A DNA stretch of 64,000 nt, from NCBI GenBank assembly GCA_035464675.1, contig DATHSA010000033.1, positions 1,403 through 65,402 on the forward strand. The letters are read 5' to 3'. How positions within the stretch are numbered: the first letter of the stretch is position 1; the number at the start of each line of letters is the position of its first letter. Below are positions 55,741-63,673 of the stretch, one piece after another. The position numbers and the translations under genes are program-made. The notes beneath the pieces were generated by a model. It worked only from the letters and a program-made list of their open reading frames with translations, was not told where the DNA came from and did no database searches. This stretch comes from Acidimicrobiia bacterium (GTDB lineage Bacteria > Actinomycetota > Acidimicrobiia > Spongiisociales > UBA11373).

Positions 55741-56777
55741 TGTCGTCGCACCCCATCGGTCCCGACTTCACTCATGGCGACGATCTGGCGATGCCCATCG
55801 CGGCGCTCGAGTTGCACGATCAGGTCGATGGCCGAACGCAGCATCCGGCGGACCGCCTCGGCGGGAAGGTTGCGATCGGCGGTGAGTGCCAGCGTCTCCA
55901 GCCTCCACAATGCCTCCTCGGGCCCGTTGGCGTGGACCGTTCCCATCGACCCGGCATGACCCGTGCTCATCGCCTGGATCAAGTCGAATGCCTCCGACCC
56001 GCGGACCTCGCCGACCACTATCCGATCGGGCCGCATCCGCAGCGCGTGGCGGACCAGGGTCCGCAGCGTGATCTCCCCGGCACCCTCGGCGTTGGGCGGG
56101 CGGGCCTCCAGCCGGACCACGTGCCCCGAGAGCCGAAGCTCGGCGGCGTCCTCGATGGTGACCACGCGTTCGTCGTTCGCAATCGCCCGGGATAGGACGT
56201 TGAGCAGCGTCGTCTTCCCCGACCCCGTCCCGCCTGAGACGAGAAGATTCCGTCGCTCGATCACGGCACCTTCGAGGAGCGACGCCGCCTCCCGCGCGAG
56301 TGCCCCCTGCTCGACCAGGTCGTCGAGGGTCTCGACCACGGCGACGAAGCGGCGGATGGCGACCGCCGGTCCGTCGACGGCGGCCGGCGGGATGATCGCG
56401 TGGAGGCGGGACCCGTCGGGAAGACGGGCATCGACCGCCGGCGAGGCCCTGTCGAGGCGAAGCCCGAGCGGGGCGATCACCCTCTCGACGGCGGCGACCA
56501 CGGCCTCTGGACCGGAGAAGCGCACGTCGGCGCGCTCGAGGGCGCCGCGCCTCTCGATCCACACCTCGTCGGGTGCGTTGACCAGCACGTCCGACACCTC
56601 GGGATCGGCGAGCAGTGGCTCGAGAACTCCTAGTCCCACCAGTTCCATGGCTGCGGAGATCGCTGCGTCGGGCTCGAGGGGTGCCTCCACCTGGGCGATT
56701 CGCCGGGAAGCCAGGATCACCTCTCGAGGACGAAGCGGCACCTCCGAATCGAGGAGGCGTTCGACGATCCGGTTCAC
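55731..56777 (-). CDS. tadA: TadA/CpaF-family secretion ATPase, 348 aa
   Basis: Start GTG 56777 overlaps the upstream stop (GTGA). Walker A SGGTGSGKTT, Asp box, MSTGHAGSMGTVHAN His box. Confidence 0.9.
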   Translation of the reverse strand: MNRIVERLLDSEVPLRPREVILASRRIAQVEAPLEPDAAISAAMELVGLGVLEPLLADPEVSDVLVNAPDEVWIERRGALERADVRFSGPEAVVAAVERVIAPLGLRLDRASPAVDARLPDGSRLHAIIPPAAVDGPAVAIRRFVAVVETLDDLVEQGALAREAASLLEGAVIERRNLLVSGGTGSGKTTLLNVLSRAIANDERVVTIEDAAELRLSGHVVRLEARPPNAEGAGEITLRTLVRHALRMRPDRIVVGEVRGSEAFDLIQAMSTGHAGSMGTVHANGPEEALWRLETLALTADRNLPAEAVRRMLRSAIDLIVQLERRDGHRQIVAMSEVGTDGVRRQWP

Positions 56778-57331
56778 TCCGGCCACGGAAGCCCCCACGC
56801 ACTCCGCCAGGCCCGGACCCAACGATCCTTCGGCCCGGGTCTCCGACCATCGAGCAGCGACCGAACCGTTGCGGTGGAGGGGACCGGCAGGCGCACCCCG
56901 ATCCCGGGGAGGCGGGCGAACGAGGGCGTGGCCTGGAAGACGGCCGGGCCTTCGTGCGGACCGAAGAGATCCGCCGGAAGATGAAGCCTCACCGGGACCA
57001 CCGGCATCGACAGGCCCGCCGGAGCGGGACGCGGCGGAAGCCTCAGCACCACCCGCGGATGATGCGCGAGCAGAGCCTCGACCACCCTCCACGCGTCTCC
57101 CGGGCTGACACCGCCGTTGCGGAGGACGGCGACGCCGCGCCGGGGCGTGAGGTCGTCCTTGGTGACCCCGTCCTCGACGAGATCGGCGAGTGAGCGGGCT
57201 CCCGGGTACCGGGGGCCGAGGGGATCGAGATCGACGACCGCTGCATCGCCCGCCGCCAGGGCCAGCCCGAGTGGAGCGAGCGCGCCAAGCAGCCCGTCCT
57301 CCGGCGTCCACACGGCGAGCGCCGGATGCAT
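56774..57331 (-). CDS. Secretion-neighbourhood protein in the CpaE/ParA position but lacking a Walker A motif, 185 aa
   Basis: ORF 56774..57331, first gene of the tad operon. AVWTPEDGLLGALAPLGLALAAG occupies the place where ParA-like proteins carry GGxGxGKS/T. Confidence 0.55.
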   Translation of the reverse strand: MHPALAVWTPEDGLLGALAPLGLALAAGDAAVVDLDPLGPRYPGARSLADLVEDGVTKDDLTPRRGVAVLRNGGVSPGDAWRVVEALLAHHPRVVLRLPPRPAPAGLSMPVVPVRLHLPADLFGPHEGPAVFQATPSFARLPGIGVRLPVPSTATVRSLLDGRRPGPKDRWVRAWRSAWGLPWPE

Positions 57332-57416
57332 GCGGGCAACCTATGTCGCTGGGGCCCTCTGCTCAAGGGGGCTGTGAGGGCCACTTCCGAGACATCGATG
57401 GCACACTGAGACCGCA

Positions 57417-58193
57417 ATGGAGGCCGCATTCTTCGATCTCGACAAGACGGTGATCGCCCGATCGTCCACCCTGGCGTTCACCGGTCGGCTGTACAAGGCG
57501 GGGATGCTCCGCCGGCACACACTCATCCGCGCCGGCATGGGGCAGCTGATGTACATGCTGTTCGGAGCCGACGAGGACCAGCTGGCGAAGGCACGCGACG
57601 CCATGCTCCAGCTGACCAAGGGGTGGGACCGCGCCGAAATCGAGCGAATCGTCGAGGAGGCGCTCGAGGAGGTCGTCGCCCCCATCGTCTACGCCGAGGC
57701 CCTCTTCCTGATCGACGAGCACATGCGGGAGGGGCGCAAGGTGTTCATCGTCTCGGCCAGCCCCCACGAGGTGGTACATCCACTCTCGCGATACATCGGT
57801 GTCGAAGACGTGATCGCCACCCGGGCCAGGGTGGACGGGGAGGGTCGATACACCGGAGAGGTGGAACTCTATGCCTACGGGCCCGACAAGGCCAACGCTG
57901 TCCGGGCGGTGGCCGAGGAACAGGGTATCTCCCTCGAGAACTCGTACGCCTACTCGGACAGCGCCACCGACATCCCCCTGCTCGAACTGGTCGGACATCC
58001 CCATGCGGTGAACCCCGAAAAGGAACTCCGGGCCGTGGCCGAGGAGCGGGGCTGGCCGATCCTGGAGTTTCAGCGGCAGGTCAGCCTCACCGAGCGCCTC
58101 ACCCGGCCGGTCCCCCTCATATCGGGTGCAACGGTCGCCGCCGTGATCGGAGCGGCGATCGCATGGGTGCTTCTGCGGAAGAAGCGCGGGTAG
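57417..58193 (+). CDS. HAD-IB family hydrolase (SerB-like, Rv3661-like) with C-terminal TM segment, 258 aa
   Basis: Motif I FFDLDKTV, motif IV YSDSATD. Divergent from the tad operon. Confidence 0.85.
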   Translation: MEAAFFDLDKTVIARSSTLAFTGRLYKAGMLRRHTLIRAGMGQLMYMLFGADEDQLAKARDAMLQLTKGWDRAEIERIVEEALEEVVAPIVYAEALFLIDEHMREGRKVFIVSASPHEVVHPLSRYIGVEDVIATRARVDGEGRYTGEVELYAYGPDKANAVRAVAEEQGISLENSYAYSDSATDIPLLELVGHPHAVNPEKELRAVAEERGWPILEFQRQVSLTERLTRPVPLISGATVAAVIGAAIAWVLLRKKRG

Positions 58194-58259
58194 CCCGTCG
58201 CCCGTCGCCGGTCACCCGTCCCCCACAGCCGCGGGGAGCCGGGGCTGGGGACCGGGAAC
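58193..58259. repeat. Heptamer-array element: GCCCGTC GCCCGTC GCCGGTC ACCCGTC CCCC (58193-58224), spacer, GCGGGGAGCCGGGGCTGGGGACCGGGAAC (58231-58259)
   Basis: Read directly. Starts at the last base of the HAD stop codon. The G arm has four G3-4 tracts with 2-4 nt loops. Confidence 0.9.
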
Positions 58260-58280
58260 ACCGCTCCCCCACCTACCGTT
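58254..58280 (+). promoter_or_regulatory. SigH/SigR-type promoter for msrA: GGGAACA-N16-CGTT
   Basis: GGGAACA (58254-58260), 16-nt spacer, CGTT (58277-58280). ATG follows at 58289, giving a near-leaderless transcript. Matches my recollection of the GGAAT-N18-GTT / GGAACA-N16-17-CGTT consensus. msrA is a classical thiol-stress regulon member and sigH-rshA is in this window. Confidence 0.5.
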
Positions 58281-58288
58281 CTAGAAGC

Positions 58289-58921
58289 ATGTTCCGATCC
58301 AAGTCAGAGATGATCTCCGCCTCCGACGCCCTCGAGGGGCGCTCCGAGGCGATCCCCACCACCGATACCCACTTCGTCAATGGCAATCCCATCCATCCGC
58401 CGTTCCCGGAAGGGATCGAGACCGCCGTCTTCGGGATGGGCTGTTTCTGGGGGGCCGAGAAGCTCTTCTGGGAGACCCCCGGCGTGTACAGCACGGCCGT
58501 CGGCTACGCCGGCGGCTTCACCCCCAATCCCACCTATGAGGAGGTGTGCTCCTCGCTGACCGGGCACACCGAGGTGGTGCTGGTCGCCTTCGACCCTGAG
58601 AAGGTCTCCTACGACCGGATCCTCGAGCTGTTCTGGGAGAACCACGACCCCACCCAGGGAATGCGCCAGGGCGCCGATCGGGGCACCCAGTACCGCTCGG
58701 CCATCTACACGCAGTCCGACGAGCAGGTCGATGCCGCCAAGCGCAGTCGCGACATGTTCCAGGGGGCGTTGAAGCAGTCCGGAATGGGCGAAATCACCAC
58801 CGAGATCAAACCGCTCGGCGAGTTCTACTACGCCGAGGGCTACCACCAGCAGTACCTGGCGAAGAACCCGAACGGGTATTGCCCGGATCATTCGTGTGGA
58901 GTCCGGTTTCCGGGCGCCTGA
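58289..58921 (+). CDS. msrA: Peptide-methionine (S)-S-oxide reductase MsrA, 210 aa
   Basis: Internal ATG 58289 of ORF 57623..58921. Active site [10 protein letters not shown]-terminal GYCPDHSCG. Confidence 0.93.
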   Translation: MFRSKSEMISASDALEGRSEAIPTTDTHFVNGNPIHPPFPEGIETAVFGMGCFWGAEKLFWETPGVYSTAVGYAGGFTPNPTYEEVCSSLTGHTEVVLVAFDPEKVSYDRILELFWENHDPTQGMRQGADRGTQYRSAIYTQSDEQVDAAKRSRDMFQGALKQSGMGEITTEIKPLGEFYYAEGYHQQYLAKNPNGYCPDHSCGVRFPGA

Positions 58922-58928
58922 TCCCCGT

Positions 58929-60215
58929 CTACCCGGCCGCCCCCAGTCCATCACCCTCGCGATAGCCCTGAGCGGCTCGCTCGAGAACCTCGAGGGTGCG
59001 GCGGGCGATCCGGCGCCAGCCGAAGGTACGGCGGGCCCAACGGGCGCCGTCGATCTCGAGGCGTTCTCGCAGCCGCGGATAGCGGAGTGGCATGGACAGC
59101 ATGACGCCGAACTCCTGGGGTCGCTTGGGGTCGGCGAAGAGCGCCTGGCCGCCGAAGTCGAACATCTCCTCGAGGCCGCCATGGACCGTGGCGACGCAGG
59201 CGGTGCCGGAGGCCATCGCTTCGATCGCCGTCATGCCGAACGGCTCATAACGGGAAGGCAGGGCGAACACGGTCGCGGCGCGGTAGTGGTCGGCCATCTG
59301 ATCGTCGGGGATGTAGCCCCGCCAGTCGATGTGGTCCTCGACACCGAGATCGGCGGCGAGCTTCTGCCAGCGCTCGACGCGGCGCCTGTCGGTGTCGGAG
59401 TCGGCCCCGACCGCAAGCACGAGGCGGGCGTCGTCGACCGCCTCCCTGAGCGTGGGCAGAGCCCTGATGAGCAGGTCGTACCCCTTGTTGGCCGCCGCCC
59501 GGCCCACCGTGTAGACGTCGTGGCGCTCGAAGTCGAGGCGCTTCCTTATCGTCGAGAGCCGCTCCGCGGGCACGGGGGTGTAGGTTCGCTCGTCGATCCC
59601 CGGCGGGATCATGGCCAGATGGCGCGAGGGCACCTCGTAGCGCTTCTCGAGGATCGTCACCTGCTGCGGTGTGGTGGCGATCACGTGGTCCGATCGCCGG
59701 TACACCAGGAACTCCTTGTGGATGCGCTCTTCGAACCGGTAGTCCGACTCGATCTGCTGGGGATCGCCCTTCATGTCCTTGCGCTTCCACCAGCCCAGCG
59801 AGTGGGGAGTGTGCACATGGGGTAGGTCGCGCTCCTCGGCTATGTGCTGCCCGGCCCAGCCGGCGTCCCAGTAGTGCGAGGAGATCAGGGCGTACTCCCT
59901 CCCGAGATCCTCACGCCGCCGGAGGAACTCGGAGACGAAGCCATGGATGTGATCGTGCATGTCCTCCTTGCGGATGAACTCCGACCCGCCGAACGGGATC
60001 CGCCATACCCGGAGACGCGGGCCCATGTCGTCGAGCTCGGGCTGGTCCTCGAAGCGCCGGGTGACGATGTCGACGTCGTAGCCCATCTCGGAGAGTCGCT
60101 CGGCGAGTCGCAGCACGAACACCACCTGGCCTCCGGTATCCGGGAGCCCGAGCTCGGGCTCGGCGGCGACGTATCCGTGGAGCGAGAGCATCAGGATGCG
60201 TGACTCGAGGTTCAT
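58929..60215 (-). CDS. Sucrose-phosphate-synthase-like glycosyltransferase (GT4; sucrose-P or mannosylfructose-P synthase type), 428 aa
   Basis: Start ATG 60215 overlaps the upstream stop (ATGA). ILMLSLHGYVAAEPELGLPDTGGQVVFV, then a C-terminal GT-B region with the EPFGMTAIEAMASG motif. Confidence 0.75.
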   Translation of the reverse strand: MNLESRILMLSLHGYVAAEPELGLPDTGGQVVFVLRLAERLSEMGYDVDIVTRRFEDQPELDDMGPRLRVWRIPFGGSEFIRKEDMHDHIHGFVSEFLRRREDLGREYALISSHYWDAGWAGQHIAEERDLPHVHTPHSLGWWKRKDMKGDPQQIESDYRFEERIHKEFLVYRRSDHVIATTPQQVTILEKRYEVPSRHLAMIPPGIDERTYTPVPAERLSTIRKRLDFERHDVYTVGRAAANKGYDLLIRALPTLREAVDDARLVLAVGADSDTDRRRVERWQKLAADLGVEDHIDWRGYIPDDQMADHYRAATVFALPSRYEPFGMTAIEAMASGTACVATVHGGLEEMFDFGGQALFADPKRPQEFGVMLSMPLRYPRLRERLEIDGARWARRTFGWRRIARRTLEVLERAAQGYREGDGLGAAG

Positions 60216-60940
60216 GCGAATGCTCCTGCCGCCGTCAGTCCTTCGAGCACTCCCAGCGCTTGACGGCCCCGGGCGAGGTGAACGGGAATGTCCTGGACCC
60301 TGCGCAGCAACTCGAAACGGGCATTGCCCACAGCAACGCCGAACCCCACGCGCAAGAGGTCCCAGTCGTTGGCCGAGTCGCCGGAGGTCACGACACGTGT
60401 CAGCGGGACACGGAGGCGGCGTGCCACATAGCGGGCTGCGGCGGCCTTGCCGGCGGCACGCGGCAGCACGTCGAAGTTCGAGGGCGCCGACTCGATCACC
60501 TGGATGGCGAGACGGGTGCCGAAGACGGCCCTGCGCGCCTCGTGCCATCGGTCCGGGGGAACGGTGAAGCTGACCTTGTGGCTGCCCTGGTACTCGTCGA
60601 TGTGCGGCTCGAAGCCGTGACCGGCGAGCGCGTCATGGATCCGTTGTCGGTCCCAGTGACCGAAGCGTGACGCCCAGCCGAGGGCACGGCGACCGGCGAT
60701 CTCGACCTCGGTGCCCAACGCCCCGATGAAGCCCCGCGGCCGGAAACCGGTGATCCCCTCGAAGGAGGCGGAGACGCTCTTCACGGGGCGGCTGGAGTTG
60801 ACGACGACACCCACCTCGGGATGACCCGCGAGGTACCGCGTAAGCCGACGCAGCCCGTCGGGGTGCCCGAGCAGGGTGTCGTCGGCGTCAGAGACCAGAA
60901 GCCACGACGCCTCGGGGTCGTCACCTGGAGGTTCGCGAAT
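60212..60940 (-). CDS. HAD-IIB phosphatase (sucrose-phosphate-phosphatase-like); start codon non-canonical or unresolved
   Basis: The frame is open from the in-frame TAG at 60961..60959. Nucleophile motif LLVSDADDTLL lies at 60898-60866, upstream of the first GTG (60814). Only ATT 60940 and CTG 60898 precede the motif. C-terminal SGDSANDW motif IV. Confidence 0.65.
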   Translation of the reverse strand: MREPPGDDPEASWLLVSDADDTLLGHPDGLRRLTRYLAGHPEVGVVVNSSRPVKSVSASFEGITGFRPRGFIGALGTEVEIAGRRALGWASRFGHWDRQRIHDALAGHGFEPHIDEYQGSHKVSFTVPPDRWHEARRAVFGTRLAIQVIESAPSNFDVLPRAAGKAAAARYVARRLRVPLTRVVTSGDSANDWDLLRVGFGVAVGNARFELLRRVQDIPVHLARGRQALGVLEGLTAAGAFA

Positions 60941-61011
60941 GAGGCGCGGGCCGGTTGCCTAGGCCCATGAGGACCATACCCCGGGGGTGACCCGAGGCAA
61001 ACCGGACAGTT

Positions 61012-62412
61012 CTAGGACCCCGCCTCGACCCGCGCCGACTCGATCTTCTCGGTCGTCAGCCTGGGGAAGGCGTAGACCAGCAGCAGGGCATTGATGATCG
61101 CCACCGCGAAGAAGGGCCAACGGAGGGCGTCGGCTCTGCCAACGAGGGGCGTGAAGGCGGCAACGATCACGCCGCCGAGCAGGGAGCCGATCGGCATCAT
61201 CCCCCATCCGAAGAAGCGGTAGACGCTGTTGACCCTCCCCAGCAACTCGTCCGGGATGATCGTCTGGCGAAGCGACACCGTGATCACGTTCCACAGGATC
61301 GCCAGCAGCGTGCCCAGGGCGAACATCAGCCACACCACCCACCAGCGGCTGCTGATCCCGATGACCACGGCGGAAGCAGAGCCTCCCACGATCGCCAGAT
61401 AGAGCGACGGCCCGCTGCCGAGGCGCTTGCTGATCCTGGCGGCGAACAGGCTTCCCACTATCCCGCCGACGGCCCCGGCCATCAGCAGGATCGAGAAGAC
61501 GAAGGCGCCGACGCTGTCGGCCCCGAAGAACTCGGCGACCGGGCGCAGAACCCCGGTGAACAGGCCCGTCTGGAGGTCGAGGTCCTCCTGTGCGAAGAGG
61601 ATGAAGGTGGAGAACATCATCATTCCGGCGGCGTTGAGGAATCCGAGGACGATCGCCATCGGACGCAGCAGTGGATGGCGCCACAGCCAGAGGAAGCCCT
61701 CCTTGATCTCCGCCCGCCACGCCACCTTCTTGGCAGGTGCGGTCCCGTCCGCCCGCCGGGCGCGGAACTGGCCGGAGATGAGGAAGACCAGGCCGGCGGC
61801 CACGGCGAAGGTGCCGGCGTCGATGAAGAACGGGAGTGCGAACCCGACGCCCAACAGGATGGAGCCGAGTGGAGGGCCCACGAACGAGTTGGCGACCATC
61901 TCGGCGCCCCACAGATTGCCGTTCGCCTTCTCCAGGTTCTCCGGCTCGACGATCGCGGGGAGGAAGGTCTGCGCCGAGTTGTCGCGGAGCACCTCGGCCA
62001 TGCCCATGAGGAGTGCTGCGATCAGGAGCACGGAGTACACGGCCAGGTCGGTGGGGATGTCGACGCCGGTGGCGAGGTCGCCGGGGGTGGGGAGCGAAGA
62101 GGCCTCGCCGAGGATCACCACCGCGACGACCGCGGTGAGCGCGGCCCGGATCGTGTCCATCGCCAGAATGATCTTGCGGCGGTCGAGACGGTCGGTGATC
62201 ACACCCGCAGGGAGGGTGAAGACCAGCCACGGGATCCTCTGGGCGACTGCGATCAGGGCGATGAGCACTGGATCGCGGGTCACCGCCGAGGCCAGCCACG
62301 GGTAGGCGATCGCGGAGATCCCGTCGCCGAGGTTGCTGATGACGCTGGCGGTCCACAGCCTCCAGTAGTTGCGGCTGAGCCGGGTCTTCTCCGGCTCGGC
62401 GGTCGTCGTCAA
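61012..62412 (-). CDS. MFS transporter (EntS/DUF894-like), 466 aa
   Basis: ORF 61012..62412, about 12 TM segments. 4-nt overlap with the upstream ArsR-family gene. Confidence 0.85.
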   Translation of the reverse strand: MTTTAEPEKTRLSRNYWRLWTASVISNLGDGISAIAYPWLASAVTRDPVLIALIAVAQRIPWLVFTLPAGVITDRLDRRKIILAMDTIRAALTAVVAVVILGEASSLPTPGDLATGVDIPTDLAVYSVLLIAALLMGMAEVLRDNSAQTFLPAIVEPENLEKANGNLWGAEMVANSFVGPPLGSILLGVGFALPFFIDAGTFAVAAGLVFLISGQFRARRADGTAPAKKVAWRAEIKEGFLWLWRHPLLRPMAIVLGFLNAAGMMMFSTFILFAQEDLDLQTGLFTGVLRPVAEFFGADSVGAFVFSILLMAGAVGGIVGSLFAARISKRLGSGPSLYLAIVGGSASAVVIGISSRWWVVWLMFALGTLLAILWNVITVSLRQTIIPDELLGRVNSVYRFFGWGMMPIGSLLGGVIVAAFTPLVGRADALRWPFFAVAIINALLLVYAFPRLTTEKIESARVEAGS

Positions 62413-62957
62413 GCGCCCTCCTTGGAGTCCTCTCTCAGTGATGGTCGGTCGGTCGGGTAGACCCCGGCGATGAAGCCGTAGACGGTCCCGCCACCGCGGG
62501 GCATGCCGGCGAACTCCTCGGCGAGTGCCTGCAGCCGGTCGCGGAACTCGGCGATCCGGGCCGCGTCGAGGCGAGCGTGCCGCAGGGTGAAGAAGGCTTC
62601 CTCGCCCTCATCCGGCCGCCGCATCTCCCCCATCGCCTCGACCATGAAATCGGGCTTGTCGAGGTCGTCGACGTTGGGGAACAGGTAGGTGCGGGCGACC
62701 CGGCCGTAGTACTTCTCGGTCAGGGCGCGCACCTTGCGGGTGCGCACCACCTTGATGAGCCCCGCCGCCTCCATCGCCTTCAGGTGGTGGCCCACGGTCC
62801 CCTTGGGACGGTCCAGCGCCTCGGCGAGCTGAGCGGTCGTCGCCGGGCGCTCGGCCAGGAGGGTGATGATCTCCGAACGGGTCTCGTCGGCGAGCAGCCG
62901 CGCCTGGTCGATGTCGAGTTCGAAGAGCCCCGCGGGCGGCTGGTACCCCTCGGTCAC
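62409..62957 (-). CDS. ArsR-family winged-helix transcriptional regulator, about 182 aa
   Basis: HTH region RSEIITLLAERPATTAQLAEALDRPKGTVGHHLKAMEAAGLI. Start set at GTG 62957 (GAGGGAG upstream). The longest ORF reaches TTG 63014 but would cover the repeat/operator region. Confidence 0.7.
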   Translation of the reverse strand: MTEGYQPPAGLFELDIDQARLLADETRSEIITLLAERPATTAQLAEALDRPKGTVGHHLKAMEAAGLIKVVRTRKVRALTEKYYGRVARTYLFPNVDDLDKPDFMVEAMGEMRRPDEGEEAFFTLRHARLDAARIAEFRDRLQALAEEFAGMPRGGGTVYGFIAGVYPTDRPSLREDSKEGA

Positions 62958-62967
62958 GTCTCCCTCA

Positions 62968-63007
62968 ATGGTCGGCGATCGCCGTATGGTCGATAATTCC
63001 CGACCAT
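62968..63007. promoter_or_regulatory. Candidate operator: ATGGTCG (62968), ATGGTCG (62986) and inverted CGACCAT (63001); inner pair forms ATGGTCG-ataattcc-CGACCAT
   Basis: Read directly. Immediately upstream of the ArsR-MFS operon. GGCGATCGCC palindrome between the direct copies. Confidence 0.45.
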
Positions 63008-63050
63008 TTGTCAAGGGTCGGAGAGGGCAAGCGGCAGAAGGACTCGGGGA

Positions 63051-63623
63051 TCACCCGGACGTCACGAAGACGTCGTCCCCCACGCGGATCCGGTGAGCCC
63101 CTTCCAAGGGTCGCAGGTCGAGGATGTAGCCGCGGGTACCGCCGTCGAGGAACTCGAGGTCGTCGGCGACCTCATCCCGGGGGGCCACTTCGTCTCGTCC
63201 CAACAGGAACGAGGCGAACTCGGCGCAGGGCGCCGCCACCCGGGCACCACCCAGTGGCACCTCGGCGTCGTCGGTGCGAACGACGACCACGCCCTCGAGG
63301 TCGCCCGGACCGATCCTTCGATCTGTGGCCACGATCAGGTTCTCCCCGGCGCATCCCAACGGAGCCGCGCCAAAGCGGGCCGCGATCCGGTCGTAGTGCT
63401 CGGAGAATCCGATCGACAGCGCCCGGCGGCCCCCGCCGCGCGACGTCGGATGACCGGCGTGATGGGCATCGATGATCCAGGACCCCTCGTGGCGACCCAC
63501 CAGCCCTGGCGGACCGATCACTGCCTCGTCGACGGCCTGGACCGGCGCGGGGTCGTAGCCGATGCCCGGCTTCTTGAGCGGGTTCCGCTGAATCTGGATG
63601 CGGACGATCGGTCCAAGCAGCAT
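63051..63623 (-). CDS. MOSC-domain-like protein, 190 aa
   Basis: ORF 63051..63623. Pattern HAG..RALS...HY....F......GENL.....IGPGD......PC.EF resembles the MOSC beta-barrel with its conserved Cys. Confidence 0.55.
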   Translation of the reverse strand: MLLGPIVRIQIQRNPLKKPGIGYDPAPVQAVDEAVIGPPGLVGRHEGSWIIDAHHAGHPTSRGGGRRALSIGFSEHYDRIAARFGAAPLGCAGENLIVATDRRIGPGDLEGVVVVRTDDAEVPLGGARVAAPCAEFASFLLGRDEVAPRDEVADDLEFLDGGTRGYILDLRPLEGAHRIRVGDDVFVTSG

Positions 63624-63673
63624 TCCGGGAGCGTAGGCCGCCTACTCGACCCGCGGCTCCGTGCCCGTGGTCG

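Noticed and set aside
54350-55885. Plus-strand ORFs (511 aa and several others) across the tad operon, and the long N-terminal extensions of ORFs 54446..55771 and 55731..57311
   Set aside because: The minus-strand Tad genes have coupled GTGA/ATGA junctions and recognisable motifs. The extensions overlap the upstream genes out of frame and are Arg/Pro/Gly-rich.
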